Origin: a virus
Length of the DNA: 64,000 bases
IMG/VR virus record: IMGVR_UViG_3300023184_000082
Span: 1 to 64,000 of that record
Direction: 5' to 3' (one strand)
Under the pieces are notes generated by a model. It saw nothing but the letters and a program-made list of their open reading frames with translations. It made no database searches and was not told the origin of the DNA. The position numbers and the translations under genes are program-made. This document shows, in pieces, positions 29,886 to 40,249 of this stretch; within the stretch, counting starts at the first letter, position 1, and the number at the start of each line of letters is the position of its first letter.

Positions 29886-30533
29886 ATGGTGGAAACCAGC
29901 AAAAACAGCGCCAACGGATATGGGCATTGGGCCATTCAAGTCAACGGAATGCCGCTTTATGTTTCGGGAGATTTCTCTTCCCTGCATCCTCATCATGCCC
30001 TTTCGCGTCAGAAAACAAACATCAAGGGCGCCAAGGCGACCAAAATGCACGGATTAGCCGCGCAACACGACATCAAGGATGTTATCATTATCAACGGAGA
30101 AGATGTTCCACACAACAATGTCGGGAAGCTTTCTCAGTTGATACGAAAGATACTGAAGAAAGAATCCCGAACCGTCAGGACATCATCAAGGAAACCCAAG
30201 GAATATGACATGTCATTCCCGAACACCACATTGACGGGAACGACGCATGAGTCATCCGGCGGAATCCTGTTTGTAGTTTCTGATGCAAATAATCATCCCG
30301 TAATGATCACAAAGAGACCTTCAAGCATCAAGGATATTGAGGGAGCATTGCTTACCGATGTGTCTGAGTATCTTGCCCATGAACAACATCGGGCTGCGTG
30401 GTTTGTGCATCATGACATGAGCAATGACATTCGACATGCTCCTGATCATATTCTCCCCGATCACTCTCCATTGGCTTGCTGGCCATGTCACAAAGGAAAA
30501 ATGATATGGCGTTATCCTTCTGCCATACGGTAG
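29886..30533 (+). CDS. Hypothetical His-rich protein (215 aa)
   Basis: ATG immediately after the giant gene's TAA (translational coupling). Confidence 0.7.
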   Translation: MVETSKNSANGYGHWAIQVNGMPLYVSGDFSSLHPHHALSRQKTNIKGAKATKMHGLAAQHDIKDVIIINGEDVPHNNVGKLSQLIRKILKKESRTVRTSSRKPKEYDMSFPNTTLTGTTHESSGGILFVVSDANNHPVMITKRPSSIKDIEGALLTDVSEYLAHEQHRAAWFVHHDMSNDIRHAPDHILPDHSPLACWPCHKGKMIWRYPSAIR

Positions 30534-30547
30534 AGAGTTTGGAGTGA

Positions 30548-33500
30548 ATGATGCAGCAAGCACTGATGAAATCCGCAATAGAAATTCCGGATCAGTTCGA
30601 ACCACAGGAAGATCATGTTCCTGAGAGAGATCATGAAGGGTTGGCAAGAAGAGCGTGGATTCTGCAATCTGCCTTGTTCATGGGTATCCCTGTTGATGAC
30701 ATCCTTCCTCAACCACTAATTGATAGCATGGAACTCAATCGCATATCGCAAGAATTCCAGGTTGTCATGCGAGAACTGCTTGCAAGGGGACACCATCATG
30801 AAAGGGCAGTGGGAAATTTCATAAAAAAATTGAATGGCTACGCAAAACTTTATTGTTATTCGGGAAAGAAAGTGATCCGATCCGATGATATCCATACGAT
30901 GCTTCAAGTGTTCTCTCCATCGATGACCAGGGAACTCATGGCATCCATTGCCAATGCCACACGAAACATGTACCGACATACAAAACTTGAAATGGATCGA
31001 TTGAGCAGAGAAAAGAAGATATCCTTGCCGTATCGACATCCTTCGTTGCTCAAGGGACTTGACAATACCTATCCGCATGGACAAGGCTCATACGGACAAT
31101 CAAATGAATGGAGATACGGAAAACAATCCTCCGTTGAATTCACGAATGCGTCGGCAACGAGATCCGGAACGTCCGTGCATCCATTTCTTCTTGTCCCAAT
31201 GCATATCGATGCGCTTCCTTCGGGGTCAAAAATCCTGAGCTGTGAACTCGTGCATGAATCCATGCTTTTTTCAAGTGATGGTTCAATCAGGAAAAACGAT
31301 CACGTCAGCATGACTGATGCGTGGGCAAGGTACCTGAAGCCGTTCACGGGCAATGCCGAATTGTGGCAGCAATCATCATCAAAGAATGGCGAGCTAAACA
31401 AGCGACTGTTCATTCAGCATCCACGAAAGAAAATCACATGGTTTTTCGCATCAGTCACCGCTGGCAACTCTCCTCTTGACCAGGAGCAATCCACAAAGAT
31501 TGAGATATTCCTCGGGAAGACAAAGAAGATCGGAGAGATCACTTATGATTCTCGTCCCTCTGCCATCTTGAGGACGGCACAAGCACATCTCAACATTTTT
31601 CTGGCGCGATATATTGCTTCCGAGCTGGCTGCATATGGATTTGCGGCTGCCATGGGTCTTTCGGTGCCGCAATCATGTGAGGTTCCTCCAAATGGAAATC
31701 CGTGGCTCTCCTTCAGGATATCAGGACGGTTGTCATCAACACCGTCAATGGCAATGGGACAAGCGGCATTTCCCGAAAATTACATCATTTTTTCGCGCGA
31801 CAAGGAAGATGCATACACAACTGACATCTCAAGGTTTCTTCTTTGGGCAGAGTTTGACAAGGAAGTCCGGGTAATCCATGCCAATGACGGCGTATTGAGG
31901 ATCATGCATGATTCATTCAATTATCATGTGGATATCATGACGCTCCCCAAGGGGCGAGGCATGAAAGTCACGCTCTTCTCCGATTCCTTCAATTATATCG
32001 ATGAATTGCGCATACAGCCACAAAACAAGGACAGCATGGAATTCATCGGCAAGGTTGCACTTGCCCAAGCAATGGGAGTGCCGGATGGGCCTGATTACAG
32101 CGAAATAGAATGCCTTGTCAGTCATGTTCCCATGAATTTCTCATCAAGTGATGGAGTTCGATTGCGGCCTGCGTTTGAAATGGGAGACATTCTCCCCTCT
32201 GATGACTACGCGCCATTGGATAGCCTTCCGCAAAGTTCCATATCCTATCACATGAACGCAGCATCAACCGTCATATACAAAAACTCGAACATGAGCCGGA
32301 TACGTGGAGATCTCACTGGATCGCTGAAGCTCTTTGAATCCCAAACCATTGATCAAAGTCATTTCTCCGAATACGCATCATGGCGGGATGTGATTGCTTC
32401 TTGCCAGAAGCAATTCAATTCAAATTTCTTCCGTGCCAAGAAGAAGAAGGATCGTGAGGAGTTGTTCAGTCAATCGCATATCCAGTCCCTCCTCGCAAAC
32501 ATACACACCCAGTTGAGCGCACACGAGACAAATGAACTGCAAGTATCCATCATTACCGAAGTCAAGGAAAAGAGCGATAACACATTCTGCGCGGGTGATT
32601 TTTTCCCCTTGCTTCGTACCTCGCTGTTGAAATACGGACTCTCGTATGATGTCTATCTAATTGGAAGAATATCTCATAAATCATATTATGAATCCATGAT
32701 TGCCCAAGAAAAGACATTTTTCAATTCCCTGTTCTCATTCATGATTACATGCAAGAATGCATACGGGCAGGAAATATGCATTTACCAACCATCATATAGC
32801 GTACAACCGGGAAACTATCCAAGATACTCCTCAATCGGTGACATCCTCTGCGGATACTTGCCAGATTTCATGCTATGGATGTGCAGGGAAGGATTACGCA
32901 ACCACAAGAACGATCAGCTTTCTTCGGCGTATTTTGCACAAAGATCAGATGGATATTCTTCCCTCACCAAGGACAAGCGGGAAGATGAGACCTTGCCATT
33001 TTCTCCGGATGCCTCCATGATCGTGTTCCAGAAAGAGATGGTCAGGCGTTGGATTTCGTATCACTTCCCCTCAATCTCTCGCACGTCCTCGGGTTATCAC
33101 GGAAGCGATCTGTCCATTCTTGATCATTTGATTCTTTCCGTGCAAATGGTTGACGAGCCGCGAGGAACCGATGACTATTGCCCTTCTTCGGAGCTGGATG
33201 ACGAAGACATGGCAAGATTGCTTCGCATAACAATGCTCTTGCACGACATAGGAAAAAGCAGCGTCCTTGATGGAGGAATCGGGCCACATGCGATCAATCA
33301 CGAGCGCTATTCTTCAGCGCTTGCCGCCAAGTTGCTGCCTCAATTCTTCCTGAAACGCAGTGAGTGCGAGTCCATCGAGAAATGGATCTATCATCATTCG
33401 GCATTCGAATACGCCGTCGCTGGCAAGTATGGAAATCTGGAAGACGCTTCCGCTCATATAGCCAAGCTCTGCGGATCGGTGACTGATGCCGCGATGCTCT

Positions 33501-34498
33501 ATCACATCTATCGATGCGACCTTGACTCATCATCCCGCGAACCATACGACAAAACAAGCAAGGAAGAATCATTTTCTCCAGAAGAACTCCTGGAAAAGAT
33601 CGAATCGTATCTTGAGTCAAGTTCGTTCAGTCCAGTTACCCCGGAAAGGATACACTGCCAGAGATCATTCGATACTGTTTCAAAATTCTGGAACAACATG
33701 TCTGGTCTTTCCGCAAATGGCGAAAAGGCAATCAGGAACGATGACCTTGAGAATTACTTGGGAGTTTCCAAGTATTCCATTTCGCGACAAAAATTCTCGA
33801 TAGAATATCTTCTCAAGGCAGAATCGATGCTGCCCGAAATCATGAAGAATCCTGAACTTTCGTTTGCGCGTTCACTTGGCATGTCGTATGAAGGACCTAC
33901 GGGAAGTATTGTCCGTTGCTTTCAGTGGGTCAATGTTGATTCAATACAGAACATATTCCTTGAGGGACTCATGCCCTACGCATCAATTGACGGAAGAAGC
34001 ATCTATGCATCAGTCAATGAGGCAGCGCCGTTGCCTGTTCCTCTCTATAACGAAAATTTTGTGGCACTTCTGGTTTTTGACTATCACTGCGGCAAGATGA
34101 TCAAACGTCACAAGCTTGATGAGTTGGCCAAGGAATTCTCCCAGGCGAAGAAAGCGACCATGGGTAGCCCATTGTTCTCCTTGTCACTATGCGAAAATGA
34201 TCTTGTGGACAATGCCCGTATAGGATTGAAATTAGGATATTCGGCATCGCTTGATGTGCACAACGACAAGAAAATTCTTTGCTGCTTTGATCCGAGCAGG
34301 ACCGCATTGATCACTGCACTGATGGTTCCCATGTCAATTGCGCGGAAAGAGCTTTCTGCGGACTTCAAGGGAGCTCCCATGGAGTTTCTTGATCGTCAGC
34401 ACACAGGGAAATTCAAGAAAGTGTCCCTTCCTGATCTTGCGTATGAGGATTTGCGAGTCAGGAACAACAATCTCCAATGGATCAGTGATGTGCAATGA
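30548..34498 (+). CDS. Large protein (1316 aa) with an HD phosphohydrolase domain and a degenerate ART-like C-terminal domain
   Basis: GGAG SD; SILDH...LLHDIGKS...NHERYS...IYHH...RCD; C-terminus VRCFQW...IFLEGL...GRSIYAS...LGYSA...CCFDP. Confidence 0.8.
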   Translation: MMQQALMKSAIEIPDQFEPQEDHVPERDHEGLARRAWILQSALFMGIPVDDILPQPLIDSMELNRISQEFQVVMRELLARGHHHERAVGNFIKKLNGYAKLYCYSGKKVIRSDDIHTMLQVFSPSMTRELMASIANATRNMYRHTKLEMDRLSREKKISLPYRHPSLLKGLDNTYPHGQGSYGQSNEWRYGKQSSVEFTNASATRSGTSVHPFLLVPMHIDALPSGSKILSCELVHESMLFSSDGSIRKNDHVSMTDAWARYLKPFTGNAELWQQSSSKNGELNKRLFIQHPRKKITWFFASVTAGNSPLDQEQSTKIEIFLGKTKKIGEITYDSRPSAILRTAQAHLNIFLARYIASELAAYGFAAAMGLSVPQSCEVPPNGNPWLSFRISGRLSSTPSMAMGQAAFPENYIIFSRDKEDAYTTDISRFLLWAEFDKEVRVIHANDGVLRIMHDSFNYHVDIMTLPKGRGMKVTLFSDSFNYIDELRIQPQNKDSMEFIGKVALAQAMGVPDGPDYSEIECLVSHVPMNFSSSDGVRLRPAFEMGDILPSDDYAPLDSLPQSSISYHMNAASTVIYKNSNMSRIRGDLTGSLKLFESQTIDQSHFSEYASWRDVIASCQKQFNSNFFRAKKKKDREELFSQSHIQSLLANIHTQLSAHETNELQVSIITEVKEKSDNTFCAGDFFPLLRTSLLKYGLSYDVYLIGRISHKSYYESMIAQEKTFFNSLFSFMITCKNAYGQEICIYQPSYSVQPGNYPRYSSIGDILCGYLPDFMLWMCREGLRNHKNDQLSSAYFAQRSDGYSSLTKDKREDETLPFSPDASMIVFQKEMVRRWISYHFPSISRTSSGYHGSDLSILDHLILSVQMVDEPRGTDDYCPSSELDDEDMARLLRITMLLHDIGKSSVLDGGIGPHAINHERYSSALAAKLLPQFFLKRSECESIEKWIYHHSAFEYAVAGKYGNLEDASAHIAKLCGSVTDAAMLYHIYRCDLDSSSREPYDKTSKEESFSPEELLEKIESYLESSSFSPVTPERIHCQRSFDTVSKFWNNMSGLSANGEKAIRNDDLENYLGVSKYSISRQKFSIEYLLKAESMLPEIMKNPELSFARSLGMSYEGPTGSIVRCFQWVNVDSIQNIFLEGLMPYASIDGRSIYASVNEAAPLPVPLYNENFVALLVFDYHCGKMIKRHKLDELAKEFSQAKKATMGSPLFSLSLCENDLVDNARIGLKLGYSASLDVHNDKKILCCFDPSRTALITALMVPMSIARKELSADFKGAPMEFLDRQHTGKFKKVSLPDLAYEDLRVRNNNLQWISDVQ

Positions 34499-35157
34499 AC
34501 AGGCAAGTGCAGCGGTATGAGGAAAATCACAAAAGCGGAGAAATGGAGCAATACATATCCATGATTCCCGCAAACATGATGTCAAGAAGTGCGGAGGTGC
34601 TTGAATACGCTGCAATCCTTGGCGTCGAACGTGTTGACATACCAAAGATGCCATCAGGAGAAGTGACAAAATGGTGGTATTTGATACAGATGAAAACGTG
34701 CAAGACCTGTGTATTTCTTTCACAGAAAATACCACAATTCCCGTATCGCGATTGCAGCAACCCAAAGGTATCGCCATTGTATTTTGATATTGTTTCTCGC
34801 AGCTTGTCCCTTTGTGATCTTTGGCAGGCAGGATTTGACGAAGAGCGGATCGATGATGAGATTGAATCCGGATACGCGGAGAACAAGTATGTCCTTGCGG
34901 CAATGATCAAGATGGGATTGACAGATACTCCCAAGGATATTGCTGTTCCAACCGTAGGCAGCGTGGAAATGCTGAAATTCAATCTGGAGCTTGCAAGTGC
35001 AGCGGATATTCATAATTCAATTGTCTTTTCGTATGTACAAGCAGCAACAATGATTCGATCCGGACATCCCGTTGACGAAGACTACTTGTCCCAGATATCC
35101 AAAAAGTCACTTCCCGTGGTTCAGGGAGATAAATTCAATACAAATTTGTTACTATGA
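34495..35157 (+). CDS. Hypothetical Cys-cluster protein (220 aa; CxxC...C...C)
   Basis: ATGA overlap with the upstream gene; CKTC, RDC and LCDLW. Confidence 0.75.
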   Translation: MNRQVQRYEENHKSGEMEQYISMIPANMMSRSAEVLEYAAILGVERVDIPKMPSGEVTKWWYLIQMKTCKTCVFLSQKIPQFPYRDCSNPKVSPLYFDIVSRSLSLCDLWQAGFDEERIDDEIESGYAENKYVLAAMIKMGLTDTPKDIAVPTVGSVEMLKFNLELASAADIHNSIVFSYVQAATMIRSGHPVDEDYLSQISKKSLPVVQGDKFNTNLLL

Positions 35158-35173
35158 AAGCATGGAGCGTAAC

Positions 35174-38100
35174 ATGAAATCGACCACAAGAAAAAGTTTG
35201 CCTGCCGATCTTTGGAAATTTCAGGAATTGGCAAGTGATTCGCAATTGAATCAAGCGCCAAGAAACTCCGTTGGATTTGTTGTGAAAAAAATGGGCAAAA
35301 TGGTCACCAGTGCAGATCTGGAGACCCTTGCTGGTCCACGCGCAACTGCCGAGGGACTCAGGGCGGCTCTTGGATACACATCAGCGCGAGAACAAGTCGG
35401 AATGAGTGACAGCGCCCAATTGGCTGTGCTCCTGAATCGCATGAACAAGGCGCTCCGCAAAAGTCTTCCCTTTGAGGATCATCCGAATAATTCATTTCCC
35501 GTGCGCGATGAACGGTATCGCTCTCCCGATGGAACGATTAACGATCACCAAAGTGAGCATACTGCGCGAGCCGTCAGTGACTTGAGGGTCAAGGAAGGAG
35601 ATGAGGCCGCAGATGAATATCTGAATGACATCGCAGGGCAAAAAACAAATGACGCGCAGAAGAAGTATGAGAATGATGAGGTGCAGCCAGGAACAAAAGC
35701 TGCATCCGCCGAAGATGCTGATGATTGCGATCATCCCGGTGGAGATCTTGACAGTTATGTAAAGCCGTCGGCTCGTGCACGAGGATACAATCCGCGCACA
35801 AAGCAGATTGATCCTGATTTGGTTGGCATGGACGAAAGGGAATACACCGAAAGGTTTTTTGGCGACAAGATTGCCGACGCGATCCACGGACCCAAGGAAG
35901 GGGCAAAAGATCGTGGCGAGTATCGTGTAACACAGCGCGGAAAAATGAAGATTGGTGATTTTGAGAATTCGGCCGATGAAAATGGGGAGAAAACCGGAGG
36001 AGATGGAGAACTTTCCGATGAAGTGAAGCAAAATGGTATTTGGCCAGGTGGAGCAAGTTCAAGTCCGCCGCCACCCGAGGAATCCGGAAGGCCTCCCAGC
36101 AGGGCCGAGGAGCAGGAAGGCGGTCCTCCCGGGGGCATTGTTCCTTCCGAAAAAGACCCCACTCCCGACAAGCCGCTTTCTCCAGAATCTGCAGAACGTG
36201 ATCCGCTCGCCGAAGCCAGACACAGTCCGGACGGAACAAAGGTCAGTGATCCCGCAAAGTTCAAGGCATTTATCACAAACGCGAGGAAGTATCTGAGAAG
36301 CCAAGGGATTGGGACGAAAGTCATCAACAAGGCTGCAAGCATGGAAATTGCCCGAGGATTGCTTGCGGGAAAAAAGGGCGGTGGATTTGGTTCCAAAAGC
36401 ATGGGAATGATTCATGAGCAAGCACAAAAGGAAGCAGCAAACGCCGGTGTGCGGAACAGCAAGCATCAAAGTGGCGACCCATTGCAAGGCCTTTCTCCCA
36501 AAAAACTGACAAAGTACTACGCCATGGCCATCCGATCCATCTTTGGTGCGCATAAGGAAGGCATGAAATCATCCCGTTCTCGTGCAACAGTCATGAGTGC
36601 GCCATCCGAAACTGCTCCCTCGGAGCCACCGAAGGATGCCGGGACTGTTGCCAAGGAGGCGCAGCAGCTGCTTGACCCGTCCGGATCCGCTCCGGAAACA
36701 AAGGTGTCAGACGATAGGTTGGCAAATTCGGTCAAGCTGCTTGAAGACCTCCAGCCAGACATCGAGGACGGTATGTGGAGCGACGGAAGCAACACGGTGG
36801 ATCTCAATCCATTCCTGACTGCGGACGGCCAGTTGAAGCCGGGGTATTTTCTGAGGATGGGGTCAGATAATACCCCGACGATATACAAATCATTCAGGAA
36901 ATCAACTGCGGATGGACTGCCTATTGACAGGATAACCGCAGACCCGGAGAATGCTCCGGGGGGACATCGAAATTATTATCAAGGATCACATGAAGAAGGC
37001 AGGGGGCCGGGATTCCTCAGCCTGGATCAACCAGCATTCAAGCGAGACCAGAATCTCTCCAATGGCAGTTCTGTCATTGGAGATGCCGGATTGCAACGCG
37101 AACAACTAAACATCTTCAATGATCGCCCCGACGGCAAACTGATGCCAGGGATTCCCAATGATCTGTCAGCTCCCAAGGATGAGCCGTGGTTGACCGTCAA
37201 TCCCGAAACGGGAGACTGGGAAGGAAAGCTTACCCGATTCAAGTTGGGGGCGTTAAGTCTTCCTGTTCGCGGTGCGTATCATATTGCATCACAGGCCTTG
37301 CGAGGATTGACTGGAATCAATTCGGATAACGTCCTGAGTAATTTGGGAGACGCAGCAAAGCTTGCCTTTCATGGAGCCAGACAGATCAACTTGGATCCAG
37401 AAGCATGGGAACATGCCCAGCATAATGGAAGACTCGTGCAATTGAACGAGCAAAATCCGTTACCAAATCCTCATGGAGGCCCCATGCGCGGAATGTTTAA
37501 AAACAACATGTCTTTTGATGATTGGGAAAAGATTGCACAAGATAATTTCCAAAACCCCGATCATGAGTACGCAAAAGCAATGCACAGGCTCTTGGCAGGG
37601 CATCCTATCACCCAAGACGCCTACAAGGCATATATGGCAAACCAAAACGATGAAAGCGCACGAGACACTCTGAAAGAGGCGTACGAAACACTTCGCAAAG
37701 AATACTTGGCGAAAGAAGCAACTGAGCAGGTAACGGGAGTGCAGCAGGCAACAGCAGCTACATTGAATCAGTCTGTTCCGCCAACAGATCAAGCCCCGTC
37801 ATTGGGTAACGGAGTAGGAAGTGTTGCCAGACAATCCACTTCGCCTGTGGCAGCAGCATTGAGAGGTGCTCAGTTGAATCCGCAGGCGGGGCAAGAATTC
37901 GAGGACGCAATTCAGAGGGCTAAGGCAAGGGCCGCCGCTCCCAGGTCCACGCCGGAGGAGCGGCGGGAACAAAGAGATGCCAGGAAACTCGCACAGGCAG
38001 CGGATGTAGCGGTTGCTCCACAAAACGAGCCACCTCCTGATTCGATAGGAGGAGAACGGTTTGGACTCGTCATGGGCATACTTAACGCTCCCGGAAGCAA

Positions 38101-39016
38101 GGAGAGTTTCTGGAATCATCTTCCTGACGAGTTCAAGCAGCTTGATTTCAAAGATCAAGTGAAACAATTCCAGTATGTTCTTGAGAATGTTCACAGCATT
38201 GACAGGGTATTTCAAGACCGCGAGGCGGCGATTTATAATGCCTCAACACAAGGGGACAGCCACGAAGTCGGCCCTCGCCTCGTAGCAGCTCAGGAAGACT
38301 TTGCTAGAAACTTACAACGCGTACTACTTCGTGTACTTGGCCAAATACAGCTTGCGCCTAAACCAGCTGCAGCACCTTTGGAAGAACCTGTATCCCGTGA
38401 ACGTCGGATCGCTCCGTTGCCTCAGCGCGAACGACCTCGTGCTTCAAGGCCAGAGCAAACCTTTTCGCCTGTGGCAGCAGCATTGAGGGGTGCTCAGTTG
38501 AATCCGCAGGCGGGGCAAGAATTCGAGGACGCCATTCAGGCCGCTAAGGCAAGGGACGCCGCCGCTCCTGCGGGAGGCCAGCGAGTCGGGCAGACCGCTG
38601 CCCGTAACGCAGAGCTTCAACGTCTGGCGCAGGATCGGGAAGCACGAGGACGATCACGTTCGCAGACAGCAGTGCAAACGGAGGAACAGCCTGAAACCAG
38701 CATGGCTGCCCAAACGATTGAACGACCCGTCAGAGTTCGTGCGCAGCCTATCCAGCGCACGGAAGAGGAAATTGACGAAACACTGCGACAGATAGAGAGC
38801 ATGCTTCGAAGAAAGGATTCCGTCCAGCGTATTTCAAGGACACTCGGAATAAAATCAGATCTTCTGAATCGTGTCATCGCAGAAGCCGGTTGGTCCGGAT
38901 TGTTGCCAAAGCCTGCAAAACCCCGTCTTCGGGGAATTGACCGGTACAGAAGGTCTTACAATCAGGATGAAAGCCATTATGGCAGTCTTCTGAAATCAGT
39001 CTATAATTCATTATAA
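35174..39016 (+). CDS. Large low-complexity protein (~1280 aa), probable virion-internal protein
   Basis: GGAG SD before ATG 35174; TGTTACTAT upstream; Pro/Gly/Ala/charged-rich; TRKS, LRKS, FRKS and terminal LLKS motifs. Confidence 0.8.
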   Translation: MKSTTRKSLPADLWKFQELASDSQLNQAPRNSVGFVVKKMGKMVTSADLETLAGPRATAEGLRAALGYTSAREQVGMSDSAQLAVLLNRMNKALRKSLPFEDHPNNSFPVRDERYRSPDGTINDHQSEHTARAVSDLRVKEGDEAADEYLNDIAGQKTNDAQKKYENDEVQPGTKAASAEDADDCDHPGGDLDSYVKPSARARGYNPRTKQIDPDLVGMDEREYTERFFGDKIADAIHGPKEGAKDRGEYRVTQRGKMKIGDFENSADENGEKTGGDGELSDEVKQNGIWPGGASSSPPPPEESGRPPSRAEEQEGGPPGGIVPSEKDPTPDKPLSPESAERDPLAEARHSPDGTKVSDPAKFKAFITNARKYLRSQGIGTKVINKAASMEIARGLLAGKKGGGFGSKSMGMIHEQAQKEAANAGVRNSKHQSGDPLQGLSPKKLTKYYAMAIRSIFGAHKEGMKSSRSRATVMSAPSETAPSEPPKDAGTVAKEAQQLLDPSGSAPETKVSDDRLANSVKLLEDLQPDIEDGMWSDGSNTVDLNPFLTADGQLKPGYFLRMGSDNTPTIYKSFRKSTADGLPIDRITADPENAPGGHRNYYQGSHEEGRGPGFLSLDQPAFKRDQNLSNGSSVIGDAGLQREQLNIFNDRPDGKLMPGIPNDLSAPKDEPWLTVNPETGDWEGKLTRFKLGALSLPVRGAYHIASQALRGLTGINSDNVLSNLGDAAKLAFHGARQINLDPEAWEHAQHNGRLVQLNEQNPLPNPHGGPMRGMFKNNMSFDDWEKIAQDNFQNPDHEYAKAMHRLLAGHPITQDAYKAYMANQNDESARDTLKEAYETLRKEYLAKEATEQVTGVQQATAATLNQSVPPTDQAPSLGNGVGSVARQSTSPVAAALRGAQLNPQAGQEFEDAIQRAKARAAAPRSTPEERREQRDARKLAQAADVAVAPQNEPPPDSIGGERFGLVMGILNAPGSKESFWNHLPDEFKQLDFKDQVKQFQYVLENVHSIDRVFQDREAAIYNASTQGDSHEVGPRLVAAQEDFARNLQRVLLRVLGQIQLAPKPAAAPLEEPVSRERRIAPLPQRERPRASRPEQTFSPVAAALRGAQLNPQAGQEFEDAIQAAKARDAAAPAGGQRVGQTAARNAELQRLAQDREARGRSRSQTAVQTEEQPETSMAAQTIERPVRVRAQPIQRTEEEIDETLRQIESMLRRKDSVQRISRTLGIKSDLLNRVIAEAGWSGLLPKPAKPRLRGIDRYRRSYNQDESHYGSLLKSVYNSL
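37840..38568 (+). repeat. ~100-bp near-identical in-frame direct repeat (37840-37941 and 38464-38568)
   Basis: Both copies encode SPVAAALRGAQLNPQAGQEFEDAIQxAKAR. Confidence 0.95.
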
Positions 39017-39035
39017 TTCTGCAAGGAGAAAAAAC

Positions 39036-39656
39036 ATGTCAGTGCTTGAAGGACACATAAAGAGGTTGCGAATCAAGACAGGAGGTCCTGATAAACTAGC
39101 AGTGGATCGGGCAGCAACATCTGGAGGGCATCGATCAAAGAAATCCTATCAGGCCGTCATGGCGCCAAAGACTTCATCGCCAAGAACAAGCATTGAAGAA
39201 AGACAGCGAAGGCTTGAGAAGTCCGTACAGAAGCAGGACGCCAAGGGCATCGGGCGGATCATGGAGCATATTGCCGATGTGATTGGGTCATCCTTTGAGT
39301 CTCCCTTGATGATGCCAATGACTGGAGAGGGCAATCCTGATTGGGATGCTCCCGACAAGGACAGCTTTGTCATGATGCCGATCAACAACAAGAAGTCCAG
39401 TCTTCATGGACGATTTGTCATCTTGCAGAAGCTTCCAAATGGCATGTACAAGATTGCCGAGAAACCCACCAAGGAAAAGAAAAAGAAGAGCGATGATGAT
39501 GATGACGGTGACGTGAACAAGGCTGGCATCACAGGCGCACGAAAAGTCAGGAGCGACACGGGCGCCACGCATCATTGGTCACCAAAGGGTGCTTCCATCC
39601 GCGGAGCAAGATCTGCCGGTCGGTCACCAAAGGGATCCAAGAGTGGTGCGCTCTGA
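39036..39656 (+). CDS. Basic hypothetical protein (206 aa) with an RKVRSDTG motif in a basic tail
   Basis: AAGGAG SD; TATAAT boxes upstream; LEKS and VNKA motifs. Confidence 0.8.
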   Translation: MSVLEGHIKRLRIKTGGPDKLAVDRAATSGGHRSKKSYQAVMAPKTSSPRTSIEERQRRLEKSVQKQDAKGIGRIMEHIADVIGSSFESPLMMPMTGEGNPDWDAPDKDSFVMMPINNKKSSLHGRFVILQKLPNGMYKIAEKPTKEKKKKSDDDDDGDVNKAGITGARKVRSDTGATHHWSPKGASIRGARSAGRSPKGSKSGAL

Positions 39657-40249
39657 TGCGTACATCGCGAAAGGTGGGGGTACGGAACGCTCCCGCGTTA
39701 ACGCCATCGGGGTTGCGGAGCAGCAAGCAGTCCGATCAGGGACGCAATGCAGGAAAATCGTACGGACAACCTACTGCATTGCAATCTGAAAAATCTCCCG
39801 CGTTGCAAAAAGCGACAAACATCGAGAATCAATTTCGATATGCATTGCTGAGAAAGGGTTTGAACTTCATCGAACAAGCCAACATTGGTCCTTGGTCATG
39901 CGATTTTTTTCTCCCTGAACACAAGCTGGTGATTGAAGCGGACGGGGAATACTGGCACTCGATTCCAAAAACGATGATGAAGGACAGGCGCAAGGATCTT
40001 TGGTTGCGATCACATGGCTATTCGGTCTTGCATTTTGAAGGCAAGAAGATATCTTCTGATCCAGATGGCTGTATCACCAAAGTGATACAATTGATAGAAA
40101 ATAATAAACTTTCCCTTTCTCTTGAGGTAGAAGAGGAGGAATTTTCAGAAGAGCCGGAAATAGCCATAGCAAAGGAACACGACGACGATGCAGAATACGA
40201 AGCTTGGCTCTCTTCCGGATCCATCGGACCAGGAGGAAGCGCTGGTTAA
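39656..40249 (+). CDS. DUF559/Vsr-like PD-(D/E)xK-fold endonuclease (~197 aa)
   Basis: TGATG overlap start; TNIE...FIEQ...CDFFLPEHKLVIEADGEYWH...DRRKDLWLRSHGYSVLHF. Confidence 0.88.
   Translation: MRTSRKVGVRNAPALTPSGLRSSKQSDQGRNAGKSYGQPTALQSEKSPALQKATNIENQFRYALLRKGLNFIEQANIGPWSCDFFLPEHKLVIEADGEYWHSIPKTMMKDRRKDLWLRSHGYSVLHFEGKKISSDPDGCITKVIQLIENNKLSLSLEVEEEEFSEEPEIAIAKEHDDDAEYEAWLSSGSIGPGGSAG

Noticed and set aside
37840-38568. Repeat pair as DGR template/variable region
   Set aside because: Mismatches are not restricted to adenines, both copies are inside one ORF, and no reverse transcriptase is in the window.
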